64,000 nt of DNA from Eledone cirrhosa. Taxonomy: Eukaryota. Where the stretch lies: contig OZ024742.1 in assembly GCA_964016885.1 (NCBI GenBank), positions 215,016,001-215,080,000 on the forward strand. The letters run 5' to 3'. Below, one piece after another: positions 1 through 12,579 of the stretch; the first letter of the stretch is position 1; each line of letters opens with the position of its first letter. The position numbers and the translations under genes are program-made. The notes below the pieces were generated by a model, which did no database searches, was not told the DNA's origin, and saw nothing but the letters and a program-made list of their open reading frames with translations.

Positions 1-30
1 GACGTCCGACCCTCTACCGATACTGCCAAG
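1..30 (-). mobile_element. Edge of tRNA-derived SINE (same family as 21795-21985)
   Basis: gtccgaccctctaccgatactgcca matches gtccgactctctaccgatactgcca at ~21950. Confidence 0.55.
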
Positions 31-1924
31 AGTAATAACAAGTGAATGGTTATAATTATATTGTAGGTAATTAGTTAAAAAGTAAACAATTCATTAAAAA
101 TATGGGATTGGTTATGTAACTTATTCGTGCATACATATATATATTATTTAAATTTAAGTATATGGTGAAAAATTCAGTGTTGGGCCTATTGTTCTCTTAG
201 CCTCGAGATCACCGGCCAAAAGAAAAATATTTCGTCTGAGAGGGTCAATTCAGTATATGAAAAATAGGGGAAATGTTCTCGATCATTCTGTTCAATCTAT
301 TTCAAGCCCTTCACATTGAGAATCAAATCACGGCATCCAAATAGGTAACTCGGAAAACAGCTAGTTGGTCGGTGCATAATGTAACTACACCAGATAAAAA
401 CTTAAATGCATTCATATTGTTGCCTCCTACTAATGAAAATAACAGTATGAACGCCATCTATTCTAGCCATAAGAAAAGATCACAATAGTGCATACTAAAA
501 GATATATGAAATATAAATGTGAATAATAGACTGAGTAATCATAATTATCATAAGTAATAAATCCATATAACTAGCTGAAATTAATTAATTAAAGAAGTAG
601 TTAATGGATTTGTGTAATATCAAAAATTACTAATTACATATGATAGATAATATATGATGAAAAATATAACACAAAATGTAAATTGAATATCATAATTCGT
701 ACTACTTTATACCTAAAGAATATATCATATTACAGATTAATTATAAAGATAAAGGTAAATAAATTACGCTGAGTGGATAAATGTAATAATAATTAATAAA
801 AGTGAGTAATTAGTTGAAAACATAAGTAATTACTTAGAGAAGTAAGTATTGGAATGGAATCTCTATAGGGACGGTAACGACAAAAATTCCAAAAATGCGA
901 ATGATATATAATATAAAATAAAAGTAAATATAAAGTACTTTGCAATATAAAATATAAAGTATCTGCAATAATTATATGATACATAAAGTATAAATAGAAA
1001 AACAAGTTGTAAAAAGTTCATATGATATCGTGTTGATTTGCAAAAACAATGAATGCTGTGCCCGGTTCGGTCGACCATGTGGTGTGGAGTCTGTTCCAGC
1101 CTGTCATCTCAGCCTATGGTGAAGGCTTATTTGATCATATTCGTCGGCATCAATCCAACAAAAGTTATTCGAAGGTTGTAGGTTAATTTTAATTTCCATT
1201 TATTTACTTTTTAATCTCCACCGCTTCAATTCAAGAGCGGGGTGTGTGTGTTAGATTACCACTGTACGTTACCCACAGAGAATCTCTGTGAGGGTAACTA
1301 TGCAGAATTAGTGTAGAGGGTGAGCGCCTCGATTCCTAATTACATCATAAAGCGCTCAACTGTAACAGGAGCTATTAGTTCTTAAAAGCACAACTTTATG
1401 CCTATCATCTATCCTAGAAAGCTGTATCTCGATCTTGTTGCAACAACTGAATTAATACAAATACGTCAGTGAAAAAAGAGAGCCGGATTCCAGATATTAT
1501 TTTAATGCTGCAAAATCATTATACATGTTTCAATGAAACACAAGGTCATGTCACGATTTCATGGGGTAAGAATATATGGCGACATCTTCAGCTGTTATTC
1601 ACATAAAGAGATTAATTGATCACACATACGGTAAAATATAAAAAATTGAATTAGAGGCGATCCATCGGTCAGATAAGCTCCGTGTGCCACACAATCGACA
1701 GTGCTATGTTTTGAGGGTGTGCCTGTGTGATTAAAGGGAAAGGGTTTGCTTGACAGTGACATATTCCAGTCAATTAGAGTCAATTGTTTGATGAATTTTA
1801 CAAGGTCTGGGAGCGCCGTATAATCTGCGAATACCGTGGTATCCCTTGGTTGAAAACCAGCGTAGCGTGGTTATCAGTTAATGTTTATCAAAATTAGTGG
1901 TGTGAGGCGTTATAACCCCCCCCC

Positions 1925-1977
<53 letters not shown>

Positions 1978-2244
1978 CATATATTTATATATTTATATTC
2001 ATTTTTATTAAGGTTAAATGTGAATCTCGTTACTATCGAGTTTCAGCTGTTTATCACAGGGCCATCGCACAAGAACTAACGTTTCAATGGCAAACACAGT
2101 ATAAATAAGGAAGAATTAGAATGTGGGACGGAAGATTCAATTGAGTAGGGGGAATTAAGATAGAATGAGCAAGTTGTGGGGTCGTTGGGAGGGGGATTTG
2201 TCCAAGAAGAAGGCGATAAAGTTAGAGGTGGGTGTAGCCATAGA

Positions 2245-5200
2245 AATTTTATTTCAGTGCAGAAGTAAATGATAAAGTAGAAAATCAAACTTTCCAGTTA
2301 TCTTCCGGTTTCTTCTACAACAACTACAACGGTACGCGATGGGGCTCACCCACAGCCCCGGCGGACACAATGGAGAAGGCGTTTCCCCGGAGGACGGCAA
2401 GGGAGACGTGCTGGAAAAGCCACTCCAACTCGCGGGGCTCACACCTGCGGCTGGCCAGCTCAGCGCCTATAGTGGTGAGTAAGGAGGTAGCCTTGGGGGC
2501 GAGGAGAACAGAACTCTCTACTGCCAGGGGTACGACCGCAAACCTGTCGGAGAGCGACCGGTATTTGAGGAGTTTGGCCCCCTCATCCCGACATGCAGCA
2601 GAACCCCCTCATCCCGACATGCACCAGGTTGCAGCTGCAGAAAATGTCGATGCAAGTAACATCAGAGACGAGGGGTTTGCCACCGCAGAACGGGAAGATG
2701 TTCATGCCATCTGGCCTTTTGCCGGCCCCTCGATCCAGCCTCACTGGCTCGAGCTGGGAAGGGAAGCCTGCAGCATCCAAGCCATGCTTAATGTCCTCGT
2801 TGAGGGCAGCATGGCGTGGAATGCGGCCGGCAATGTGGCGACAGGAAAGTGAGTGGAGGCCGAAAGAGTCCACGGTGGAACCGCAGCGACATTGGTGTGG
2901 CTGGCAGATCCGGAGGTCGAGCCTCAGGGAAACGCTGATGCACAGGTTATGGTTGTCTAGCTGTGTGCCTGTGGAGAAGGAGGACAGGGCATGGAGCGAG
3001 GCACCACTGTGGGGTTTGGAGGCCACACGAAAACAAGCAAGGCGGTGCTGTTCGAGCTGGCACGTGAGCCTGTCTGAGACCAGGCTGCACTGGATGGCAT
3101 CCCAAGTGCGTCGGGGGGACTTGACGTCAACAGGGGGAGAAGGAGGAGGGAATTCTACTGGGCTAAGTCCCAGTCAGTCCCACGTCTCACAGGTGGCCTC
3201 ACGTTCTCTGAACACAGAGGGTTTTGTTGTTTTGAAGGCCGCCATGCCTGACAGGTAAAGTGGCCTGTTGCCACCCAAGTCGTCAAACTTGACGTTGCAT
3301 ATCTCCTGGGCTGCTGCTCGGATACGAGTATCGAGGTCAGCGAGGAGAGATGTCTGGGATGGCATGGCGAAGCAGTTCCTCAGCAGAAAGAGAGCTGGGT
3401 GGCCGTCAATCAAGTGCAGTCGGCTCATGAGAGTGTGGAGCTGTTGAAGCCTGGTGGATGGCCGGCGGGTGAGTCGGTGACCCGAGGATGAGGACATACT
3501 CTTTGGGGGTCATCTGAACCTGGCGGAGGATGGACAGCTCGTCCAAGACGGAGGCTGCAGAGCTCGCAGCATCGAGGTTGACATTCACCACCTCCGACTT
3601 GGCCGAGTTGACCAGGAGGCCGATTCCCGCCAGGGCAGGAACCACCGAGTGAAGATCCTTGCAGACCGTCCGTACGGGCTCGCCCAATGTAGCATCATTC
3701 AGATACCAAACGTTGAGAGGGGCCGTGAAACTCCGGGCGATGTGGTCAGTTCCAAGGGCGAACAGGAGGGGTCCCAAAGGGGCGCCCTGTTGGACCCCAA
3801 TGGCCGAGGGTATGACCGTATCACCAGCAAGGAGCATGCTCGGGGCTCCTTACGACAGGTAGGCTAGCTGGTAGTCAGAGGGGGCTCGGCTGAGGCCGGC
3901 TTCGAGCAGATGATCCTGGCGTAAAGATTTGAAGGCATTCCTCATGTCAAGCTTGACAATGAGGTGCCTGGAGTCCCTGGATGCCGGTTCCGATAGGCAG
4001 CTGTTGAAGAACTGCCTGGTTGCATGAGTGGCCCCCTCACAGCCACCGTACACGCCGACACCCAGTTGCACCGGACTAAACTCCTCACCCAGTTCATGTG
4101 TTACGGACTTGCAGATCACCTTGGCACCCAGCCTCCGGAATTCATTGCCCACAGTAACGGGGCATATGCCACCCTCTTTCTTCCTGAGAGCGGTGAGGAT
4201 GGCCGAAAAAAAGAGGCCTCGGGCGTAAGTGTCCAGGGCGCCATGGATGGGCCTTTTGGTGAGCGCCACAATTGTATTCAGAAGGCGGCGTCCGGCCTCA
4301 GTGGAGAGGGGGGGATATCAACTCCCTGAGGTGGCCTGGTCGGAGACCTCAACACCTCCGCAGCTGCTAGTTGGGAAGGACCTGATGGTGGACATGATGA
4401 CTATATCAGAAGCCACAAAGAACAAGTGGTGGTCGGGTGAGAGTATGAGTTTGAGATCAGTGGGTGGCTCAGGGTGTTTGAGTCGCAGGGCAACCAGGAC
4501 CTCCTCGGTGGGTTGGAGGACAGTGTCCTCTGAGGTAACAAATCTGACTGCGGCCTAGACATCACCCATGATAAGCTTGGCCTTTACCTGGTCACGCAAA
4601 CGCTTGGCGCTGGCATCGGGGGTGGAGGATATGGGGGTACCTGAGGGTGGGGTGTGTAGCGTCCCTGGGTAGGCTTGGAATGGGCGCTCGCCCAAAAGAC
4701 GAGACATTGGCTGCTGTTGACTGGCCGCCCCGGTCAGCGCCAGAGCTTGGGAGGCCGATGGCGAGTGGGGCGAAACAGAACAGCCGTTCCCAGTCACTGG
4801 CTCGATTGGAGTCCAAGGCGCTCTCAATCGAGGAAGCGAAGGCATCGGCTACCGGCACCCATGCCGCTCTCGGGACCCTGAGTGTGATATTCCGGAGCCG
4901 CCTGAGCCGAGCGATGTTGACCAGCAAGGCTTGGGCGCCAGGCAAGCTCGTTGTCCCAGCTGGTGGTGTGCCAGACGGCCGTGGCTGGGAAGACGTGGGG
5001 AAGAGGCAGCTCCTGCACCTCCACGCTGTGAGGGCATTGGAAGCTCGAGGTGTCAAGCCAACGCAGGTGAGGTGGTGAAAGCAGCTGCACCCCAAACAGG
5101 TCCGGCCCCTCTTCCGTTTGTTAGTGGTGCTGCAAGTGCTCCAGCTGTCGGCTTGGAGGGATGGGGGATGGGACGTGGGGCCGGGGATTCGGGCACCGAG

Positions 5201-5480
5201 CGGCATCTGGGGTGGGTGGTTGGCGTGTGTGGGTGGAGGAGAAAGTGCTGGTAAGAGGGCCTCATAGCCCACCTATATATATAGAGGTCTCAGAAAATAA
5301 GAGAGAAAAGAAGGGGCTGCATGGAGGGGGACACACAGGAAGGTAGGATGTTAGTAAATGAATGAGTGAATGGATGAATGTACAAAAAAAGGAAAAAAGG
5401 TGGGGGGAGTAAACAGTGGGTTGTTCCCAGCAGTTGTTCAGCACGCACACATGCGAGCAACTGAGCAGTTTGTCATAGGA
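2245..5480 (-). mobile_element. Decayed CRE-like non-LTR retrotransposon (RT + restriction-like endonuclease)
   Basis: GC-rich island in AT-rich DNA. Frameshifted minus-strand ORF pieces show LRKKEGGICPVTVGNEFRRL, QLGVG, KLDMRNAF, GVQQGAPLGPLLF and WYLND (YLDD-like) RT motifs, then CRCG..HSLSC..RH..KRPDG..DVT and ..LFQHVSLAVLRGNA (RLE). Minus-strand AATAAA at ~2250. Confidence 0.85.
2350..5272 (-). pseudogene. Disrupted single ORF: PHD finger - RT - CCHC/RLE endonuclease
   Basis: ORF fragments 4592-5272 (CLGC-x4-HLTC-x13-WRCRSC), 3850-4269, 3406-3837, 3174-3497 and 2583-3026 in different frames. Confidence 0.8.
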
Positions 5481-5849
5481 CCTTGTGGCTGGAGGTAAGT
5501 CACTGATGTTGGGGTTGGCTTGCTCTTGTTAATGGTAGAGTCGTTGTTGTTAATGTCACTGTTGTCGTCGGTGCCTTCCTCTTGTTAATGGTGAAGATTG
5601 CTGGTGAGATGTTGATGTATACATGTGTGTTGTTGATGTTAATTTCAGTTGTCGTTGCCTTCCTCTTGTTAATGGTGGTGGAGATGAAATTGCTACCAGG
5701 TCGGGCTGCCAGGCAGTATGCTGATGCTCGAGTACCTTCTTTTACCGAAGATGCGGGATCGATGTTAATATCCTGTTGCTGTCGCTTTCTTGACCAGAGA
5801 TGCGGGTTAGTGGCTTTCGGCCTCATTTGGCAGCATGACGGCAAATAAA

Positions 5850-7030
5850 TATATTCTCTATTTTTTTTTTTGTCTTTTCTATCTCTCAAATTTTTTGGAA
5901 GTGAATTGGTGGTCGGTTTTGTTTTGTTTTGTTTTATATTACCATTTGTTTCTATTTATTTCTCTCGCTCTTCTCGTATGTTTGGGTGCGTTAAATTTGT
6001 GAGGTTCCTAGTAGTTAATATTTGAGGTTATATTTCCATTCTAGGATGTATTCCATCATAACAGCACATACTGCTGCCCAGCATCATGGATTAAACTGTG
6101 AGTTAATGCCACGAGGGTTTGACTATTGGGTAATCAGATAATCCAAGTGTAAAATCATCAATGTAGATATGGATAGAGTCTAGTGTATTTGAGTATGTGT
6201 TAGAAGTGATGAAGCAGCGTGGTAAATGTTTAAGATAAAAATGTATTAACTCAAGAGTGTTGGTATCTGATGCAGGCAAATTTCCTTCATCGATGTCAGG
6301 ATCAACATCTTTATGGGCTTCGCGTGTTGGGTTACGTATGGCGGACTATAATGTTTAATAATTCGCGACTAGTATAACAGCTCTGTACGTCTCTCATTAC
6401 AATGGGATGAAAAAGCCTGTAAATGGGTATGCTTGCTCCAAGGAATGGCATATTATTAATATACCACATACATATATACACATACATATGTGTGTTGGTA
6501 TGTCAAATACACACATATATGTGTGTATACTCGTGTGGGGAGCAACACGTGTTGGTTGGTTCTTAATGTTTATTTCTTCTCTCTTTCTAATCCGATCCAT
6601 AAAAATTATTTGGCAGTGAATTGATGGTCGTTTTTTTTGTCCCCCTTCCTTTTATTTTGTTTCTTTCTCTCGCTCTTCGCGTATATTTTGGTGAATTATA
6701 TTTGTGAGGTCCCTATCAATGGTTAATAGCATTTATTATTTGTGGTTTTGTTTCCATTCGAGGATGTATTCCATCATAGCAGCACATTCTGATTCCAGGA
6801 ATCTTGTATTAGACAGTGAATTAATGCAGCGAATGTTTGGAACGCAAAAGTATTTGAGTAATGGGTAATCCAAGCGTAAGATCATCAATGTATGGTAAAC
6901 AAACCTTAAATAGAGCTTGGAGCAGATATTACGTTTAGAGAACATTCAGACAGAGTGGATATGGAAAAGTTGAAAACGTTTACCTCGTTTGGTGTTGAAT
7001 TTGTATTTCCAGAAATTTTTTGGGTTTTTT
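5850..7030 (-). repeat. Two diverged direct copies of an unidentified decayed coding-like repeat (~5850-6400 and ~6560-7030)
   Basis: Shared aggatgtattccatcata and ttctctcgctctt blocks; both read ..MMEYILEWK on the minus strand. Confidence 0.55.
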
Positions 7031-7264
7031 TCAATCACAGGAAAGTGCACACACATACATATATGTATATATACAGGTACATATATTAATGAACTTGTAT
7101 TTCACGTTAAACACAGAGGGACATCAGTAAATAATAATAACGATATTTAGATATGAAAATATAGATGTACTTGGTCAATGGAAGGCTGTCGAAAATGTGG
7201 AGTTGGGTGCATTGGGGGTTAGTGTGAAATGTTGGTAGGATTGGCAGGATAAACAAGTGGATAT

Positions 7265-7480
7265 AATTGTTTCTATTTTAGGCACAAGGCCATCAATTTT
7301 GGGGGACGGGAAATTTTATTAAATCAACACCAGTGCATTACTGGTACTTCATATTATCCGCCCCGTAAGGATGAAAGGCAAAGTTAACCTCGTCGGGGTT
7401 TGAACTCATAATGTGAAAGGGCATAACTCTATGCCGTAATGCATATTGTCCGACGTTCTACCGATTCTACCAATCCGCTA
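7265..7480 (-). mobile_element. tRNA-derived SINE with Meta-type central domain
   Basis: Minus strand has B-box gagttcaaac followed by gcctttcatcc..cgggg..agtaccag; tail ccttgtgcc..agaaacaatt; further copies at 9432, 21795, 63640. Confidence 0.75.
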
Positions 7481-7609
7481 CACATACATGCATCCGAAAC
7501 CACATATGCAGATGTAATATTAATAATTTCTTCCATTTGAAATTGTCACTGATAGCAAACAGCACGGAAGAGGTTTTCTGTCGTGAATTGTCTTTCCTGA
7601 CTGAGGAAA

Positions 7610-7679
7610 CCTCCTGATGATTTCAGTTTCTCACAATACTCGGAGTATTGTTATTTTCTCAATGAAACTGCATTAGGGG
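7610..7679 (+). ncRNA. Degenerate minimal type I hammerhead motif
   Basis: cctc CTGATGA ... GAAA ctgca TTA gggg; base of stem II and stem III imperfect. Confidence 0.3.
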
Positions 7680-7686
7680 CATGTCA

Positions 7687-8455
7687 ACCAGGTTGGATGG
7701 TCTTTATCTCTCGTCTACGATTTCACAGAACTTATGTTCATCGATTTCAAGGACTTGACTCCTTCTTCCTCACTTTTGATCGCATTACCATCTTTGTTTG
7801 TTTACTGTCTCGCTCGTTCTCCCTATTTACGTGTCCCAACGACTTCCTTTAGCCGTTGCTCGCACCAACCAGAGGTATATGATCTTTAAAGCGATGAAAT
7901 ACCAATGATGGCTGGAAGATCACTGATGAAGGACTAATTTTATCCATATGTAACCCATTTGCAACCACGCAGCACGGCATTTTTTCATATATTTATATAT
8001 TTTCCCCCGCTGTGACCCGTCTGTTTATTTCTTACTGCATCTGTATCTCTCAATTTCTGTTTACCCTCTCTGCCAGTCACTCTCTCAGTTAATCTCTTCC
8101 TCTCACTTTCACTCACTCACTCTCTGCTACTCCCTCTCCATCACTTCCTCCCGTTTGACCTGTGCGAAATCCTTTTCTCGCTCACATTTTAACCAGGTTG
8201 GATGGTCTTTATCTCTCGTCTACGATTTTACAGAACTTATGTTCATCGATTTCAGGGACTTGACTCCTTCTTCCTCATTTTTCGTTGCATTACCATCTTT
8301 ATTTGTTTACTGTCTCGCTCGTTCTCCCTATTTACGTGTCCCAATGACTTTCTTTAGCCGTTGCTCGCACCAACCAGAGGTATATGATCTTTAAAGCGAT
8401 GAAATACCAACGAAAGCTGGAAGATCACTGATGAAGGACTAATTTTATTCATATT
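7687..8455. repeat. Direct repeat of ~265 bp (7687-7950 and 8191-8455), PLE pLTR-like
   Basis: aaccaggttggatggtc...ctgatgaaggactaatttta present twice, 504 bp apart, ending next to (TA)n. Confidence 0.85.
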
Positions 8456-8467
8456 TATATATATATA

Positions 8468-8535
<68 letters not shown>

Positions 8536-8537
8536 CA

Positions 8538-8572
<35 letters not shown>

Positions 8573-8838
8573 TTATATACACACATACAAGCACAACTAT
8601 ACTTATAGAGGATGCCCAAGGAAATATATAAAAGGATTTATGAAGTTATAAAAAATTATATGTCTTAAAAGATTTTAAATATATGCATATACACATACGC
8701 ATACGAGATATATGAACGCGCATATAAACCTAAATATAAATATATAAATACACACACACCAACAATCACACACACACACACAGAGTCACACACACACGCA
8801 CACACGCACACACGCACACATATATATATATATGTATG

Positions 8839-8906
<68 letters not shown>

Positions 8907-9431
8907 CATGCATAAACATACATATATATACATATACATGCATAAACATACATACATACAAACGCGCGCACACACGCAGGCATTAATACATATATTCCAG
9001 TCCCATACATACGCATATAAGTGGGATGGGTGGTGTTGGTTGGAAAAGGATGGTTTGGTGGCGGCTGCGGATAATTAAAGAATTGAATAATTAAAGACTT
9101 GGGTACGTTGAAGATTATGGGAATATATAATCTATGATAGGTGAGTGAGTGAGTGGTGGGGTGGTATTGATGTTAAAAGATATGTGAAATATGACTTCAG
9201 GAGATATATGTAAGATTGAGGTTGAGAATATTATGGGATTATATATGATGATGATGTTTGTGGTGGCGGCTTGGTATGTATCTGTGTGCGTGCGTGTGCG
9301 TGTTAGGCGCAGAGAAGATGTAAGATATGAGAAATAAAGGAGGACAAGTAAAATGAAAAGTTGAAGATTTGAAAGTGGCAAATATGGAAGAAAAGAAATT
9401 AAAACTAGAAAAATAATAGAATAGATAATAT

Positions 9432-9526
9432 AATTGTTTCTACTTTTGGTACAAGGTCATCAATTATGCCAGTGTATTACTGGTACTTTATTTTATCGAC
9501 CCAGTTAGGATGAAAGGCAAAGTTAG
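9432..9526 (-). mobile_element. Truncated SINE (family of 7265)
   Basis: aattgtttctacttttggtacaagg...ggatgaaaggcaaagtta. Confidence 0.65.
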
Positions 9527-10171
9527 ATAATATAATGATTTCAAATTAAGAATTTAAAAATTAATGAATTAAAACAATACTAAAAAAGTATTTTGTGAAA
9601 TTATTTTACTTTTTAAATTTAAAATTTTAAATTTTAAAGTGATAATGATATGGTAAGGTATTAGAAGAATGTAAGAATTAAACTGCAACATGTATGGCGG
9701 ATGATGTATAGTACATAAGAGCAGTGAAATATAAGAAACAGATTGATTTAAATTTTGGGTCCACACAGATAGTGTGGCTTAGGTCTTGGCAGTGGTTGCT
9801 AATATATAGCGTCAAGATGGGATGGAGATGGAGGATATTCCGACATGTACACGGTTCGATACACATCGTTATCTGCTGGATAATCCATTGTATAGGGTGC
9901 TATCCGGTTTACTCACCAGTGAATAGATATTAAAGTAACACATTCTTAATTTCAGAGATAATTAGAGCTTGTTCTGTTAAAACATATTGCTGATATAATT
10001 GAAATGATGAAAGAACAAGATATTATTCTGCCGAAGGCAGGGAATATTTAATTTTGGGTATGAATAACAATAAATGATGTTTCAAAAATGCGATTGTGAT
10101 TCCAATACAAATGTTTATTTTTCAGAAAATACATTTCCATTACAGAATATATATATGTGTGTATAAATATA

Positions 10172-10218
<47 letters not shown>

Positions 10219-10220
10219 AT

Positions 10221-10470
10221 TATTATTATGTAATAAACAACATGAGGCAATTATTCCATTTACCAGTGGTTTCTTAAAAGCAAAAGGTTTTGCTTTCAAT
10301 CCTCAGAATGAAAAAATCCTGGTTTGTTTATTGAATTTGGATTTTAAAAACCAAATTCAATAAACAAACCAGGATTTTTTCATTCTGAGGATTGAAAGCA
10401 AAACCTTTTGCTTTTAAGAAACCACTGGTAAATGGAATAATTGCCTTATGTTGTTTATTACATAATAATA
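10221..10470. repeat. Near-perfect 250-bp palindrome flanked by (TA)n
   Basis: Arms are reverse complements about centre 10345/10346 (ttttaaaa); the arm sequence is related to 23490-23630 and 49320-49460. Confidence 0.95.
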
Positions 10471-10555
10471 ATTAAGCTCTGTTACCTACATAGAGCACTC
10501 TTTTTTCCTGGACTTTTCCGACGGAATTACTTCATTTACACATATATATATATAC

Positions 10556-10671
<116 letters not shown>

Positions 10672-10712
10672 GATATTTAACAAATGGAAACTATATTTAT
10701 AAAACCATATTT

Positions 10713-10776
10713 ATTTCATTATACATATTTCAGGGATACCATATTAAAAATATGGCATGCCTTCTTCAGATAAAAT
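10713..10776 (-). ncRNA. Minimal type I hammerhead ribozyme (family A)
   Basis: attttat CTGAAGA aggCatgccata..tatggtatCcct GAAA tatgta TA atgaaat. Confidence 0.75.
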
Positions 10777-11544
10777 ACAATATATAAGCAGTTTTATAAA
10801 TAAATTTGACGTACCATAAATATTGATCAACTTTTATGTAAGAAGTTGGTTTGGTAGTGAGATGTTTATAAATATTTAGTGTTAAGCACAGTTAGAAAGA
10901 AAGACGGAGAAAAGGAAGAAATGTATGTAAAGAAAAACAGAGAGATATAGAGAGAGATAGGGGAGAGAGAAATAGTGAGGAGGTGAAAATGAGAGGCAGC
11001 TGAGGCAACAGATGAATAATAATAATTCATCATACAAATTGAGAGATTTGGGAGGGAGGGAGTACTGTAATTATTTATTTATTTATTTATTTAGTTATAG
11101 TGTTAAGGAGACGGAGAGAAATAAAAAAATAAATAAAGAGAAAACAGACAGGTAGAGAAAGATAGAGGTGGGGGGAAAAAGAGGTAGACCAAATAATAAT
11201 AATTATATATGGGGAGGTGAGAGAAATAGGAGAGAAGTAAGAGAGAAAACAAGAGAGAAGCTCGAGAGGCAAAGTTAAAATAACCGATACTTAAAATTTC
11301 ATCATGCATAAAGAGGGAGAAGAAAGAGCTATATCTAGAGAGCAGGAAGATAGATTTACAACTTTACGTTATGTCCTATCAATTTGAATTATCAATTCAT
11401 ATGAATTGGGTATTATAATGTAAATATCAATATTCATGAATGAGACATAGATATATAATATATCTACTCCAAAACTTGTTGAGTGCTTTATATCAGTTAT
11501 AAAATATTTACTTGTTGTAACCCAACAATTTTAAATAAAACTTT

Positions 11545-11580
<36 letters not shown>

Positions 11581-11628
11581 TATATGTGTGTGTATATATA
11601 TGTATATATATATGTATATATATATGTA

Positions 11629-11728
<100 letters not shown>

Positions 11729-11742
11729 AAATAAAGTTAAAT

Positions 11743-12010
11743 AAAAAGTCAAATGTTTAAAATTTACCTTCGTTTATTACTGCTATATATATTTCAGTGA
11801 CAGCCATCTTTGGCTGTGACCTCTTCACGTAGTCCGAATTAGTGTGGTATAGACAAGCACATATGTTGTTGAGGTGTATAATTTTGTCAATACTCTGATA
11901 TGTCCAGTTCCTGGTTAGGTTGTTATTTCTCTGAGGAACTGGAATCAGCGAAAGATGGCTGTAACTGAAATATATATAGCAGTAATAAACGAAGCTAAAT
12001 TTTAAACATT
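11743..12010. repeat. Fold-back PLE 3'-end remnant; ~68-bp inverted arms overlapping a hammerhead
   Basis: 11743-11811 is the reverse complement of 11951-12018. Confidence 0.8.
11779..11833 (-). ncRNA. Minimal hammerhead (family B), C3 mutated
   Basis: actac GTGAAGA ggtCacagcca aaga tggctgtCact GAAA tatata TA gcagt. Confidence 0.6.
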
Positions 12011-12240
12011 TGACTTTTTATGTAAATTATTTTACATTACTCCGGAGTAACAAAACCAACCTGCGCACTTCCTTGAGTGCTCCAGCCTGCATACTGAGGT
12101 GTTGGTATACAACCAACATATACTCAAAATCTATGTATATATATATGTATATATATATGTATATATATATGTATATATATATGTATATATATATACATAT
12201 ATATATATACAAATATATACATATATACATATATATACAC

Positions 12241-12381
<141 letters not shown>

Positions 12382-12534
12382 TTGTAATACTTTGGGAGGG
12401 TTATGTTGCCAATAAGAAACACACGCACCAGTTGCATTCACTTCAATTGATTTTAATAAATTTATAATAAATTTATAAATTTATAAATTTCTGGTTGGTT
12501 GGTTGGTTCCACAACCAGATAGTTGTTTATATAT

Positions 12535-12579
12535 AGTCATAGTTCTTTCTTCACACACTCTGTGACCTCTTCAGTGACT
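12535..12579 (-). ncRNA. Minimal hammerhead in PLE 3' region
   Basis: agtca CTGAAGA ggtcac agagtgt gtgaa GAAA gaac TA tgact; base of stem II damaged. Confidence 0.55.

Noticed and set aside
1265-1297. Hairpin gttaccc acagaga/tctctgt gagggtaac as a terminator or RNA gene
   Set aside because: Isolated hairpin with no supporting context
2025-2075. Hammerhead on the minus strand
   Set aside because: GAAA and partial stems are present but the CTGANGA core is missing; too decayed to call
2370-5346. Plus-strand ORFs of 100-220 aa
   Set aside because: Antisense shadows of the GC-rich CRE element with no motifs
5520-5680. CRISPR-like repeat-spacer pattern
   Set aside because: Only 2-3 degenerate units with related spacers, eukaryotic context, no cas genes
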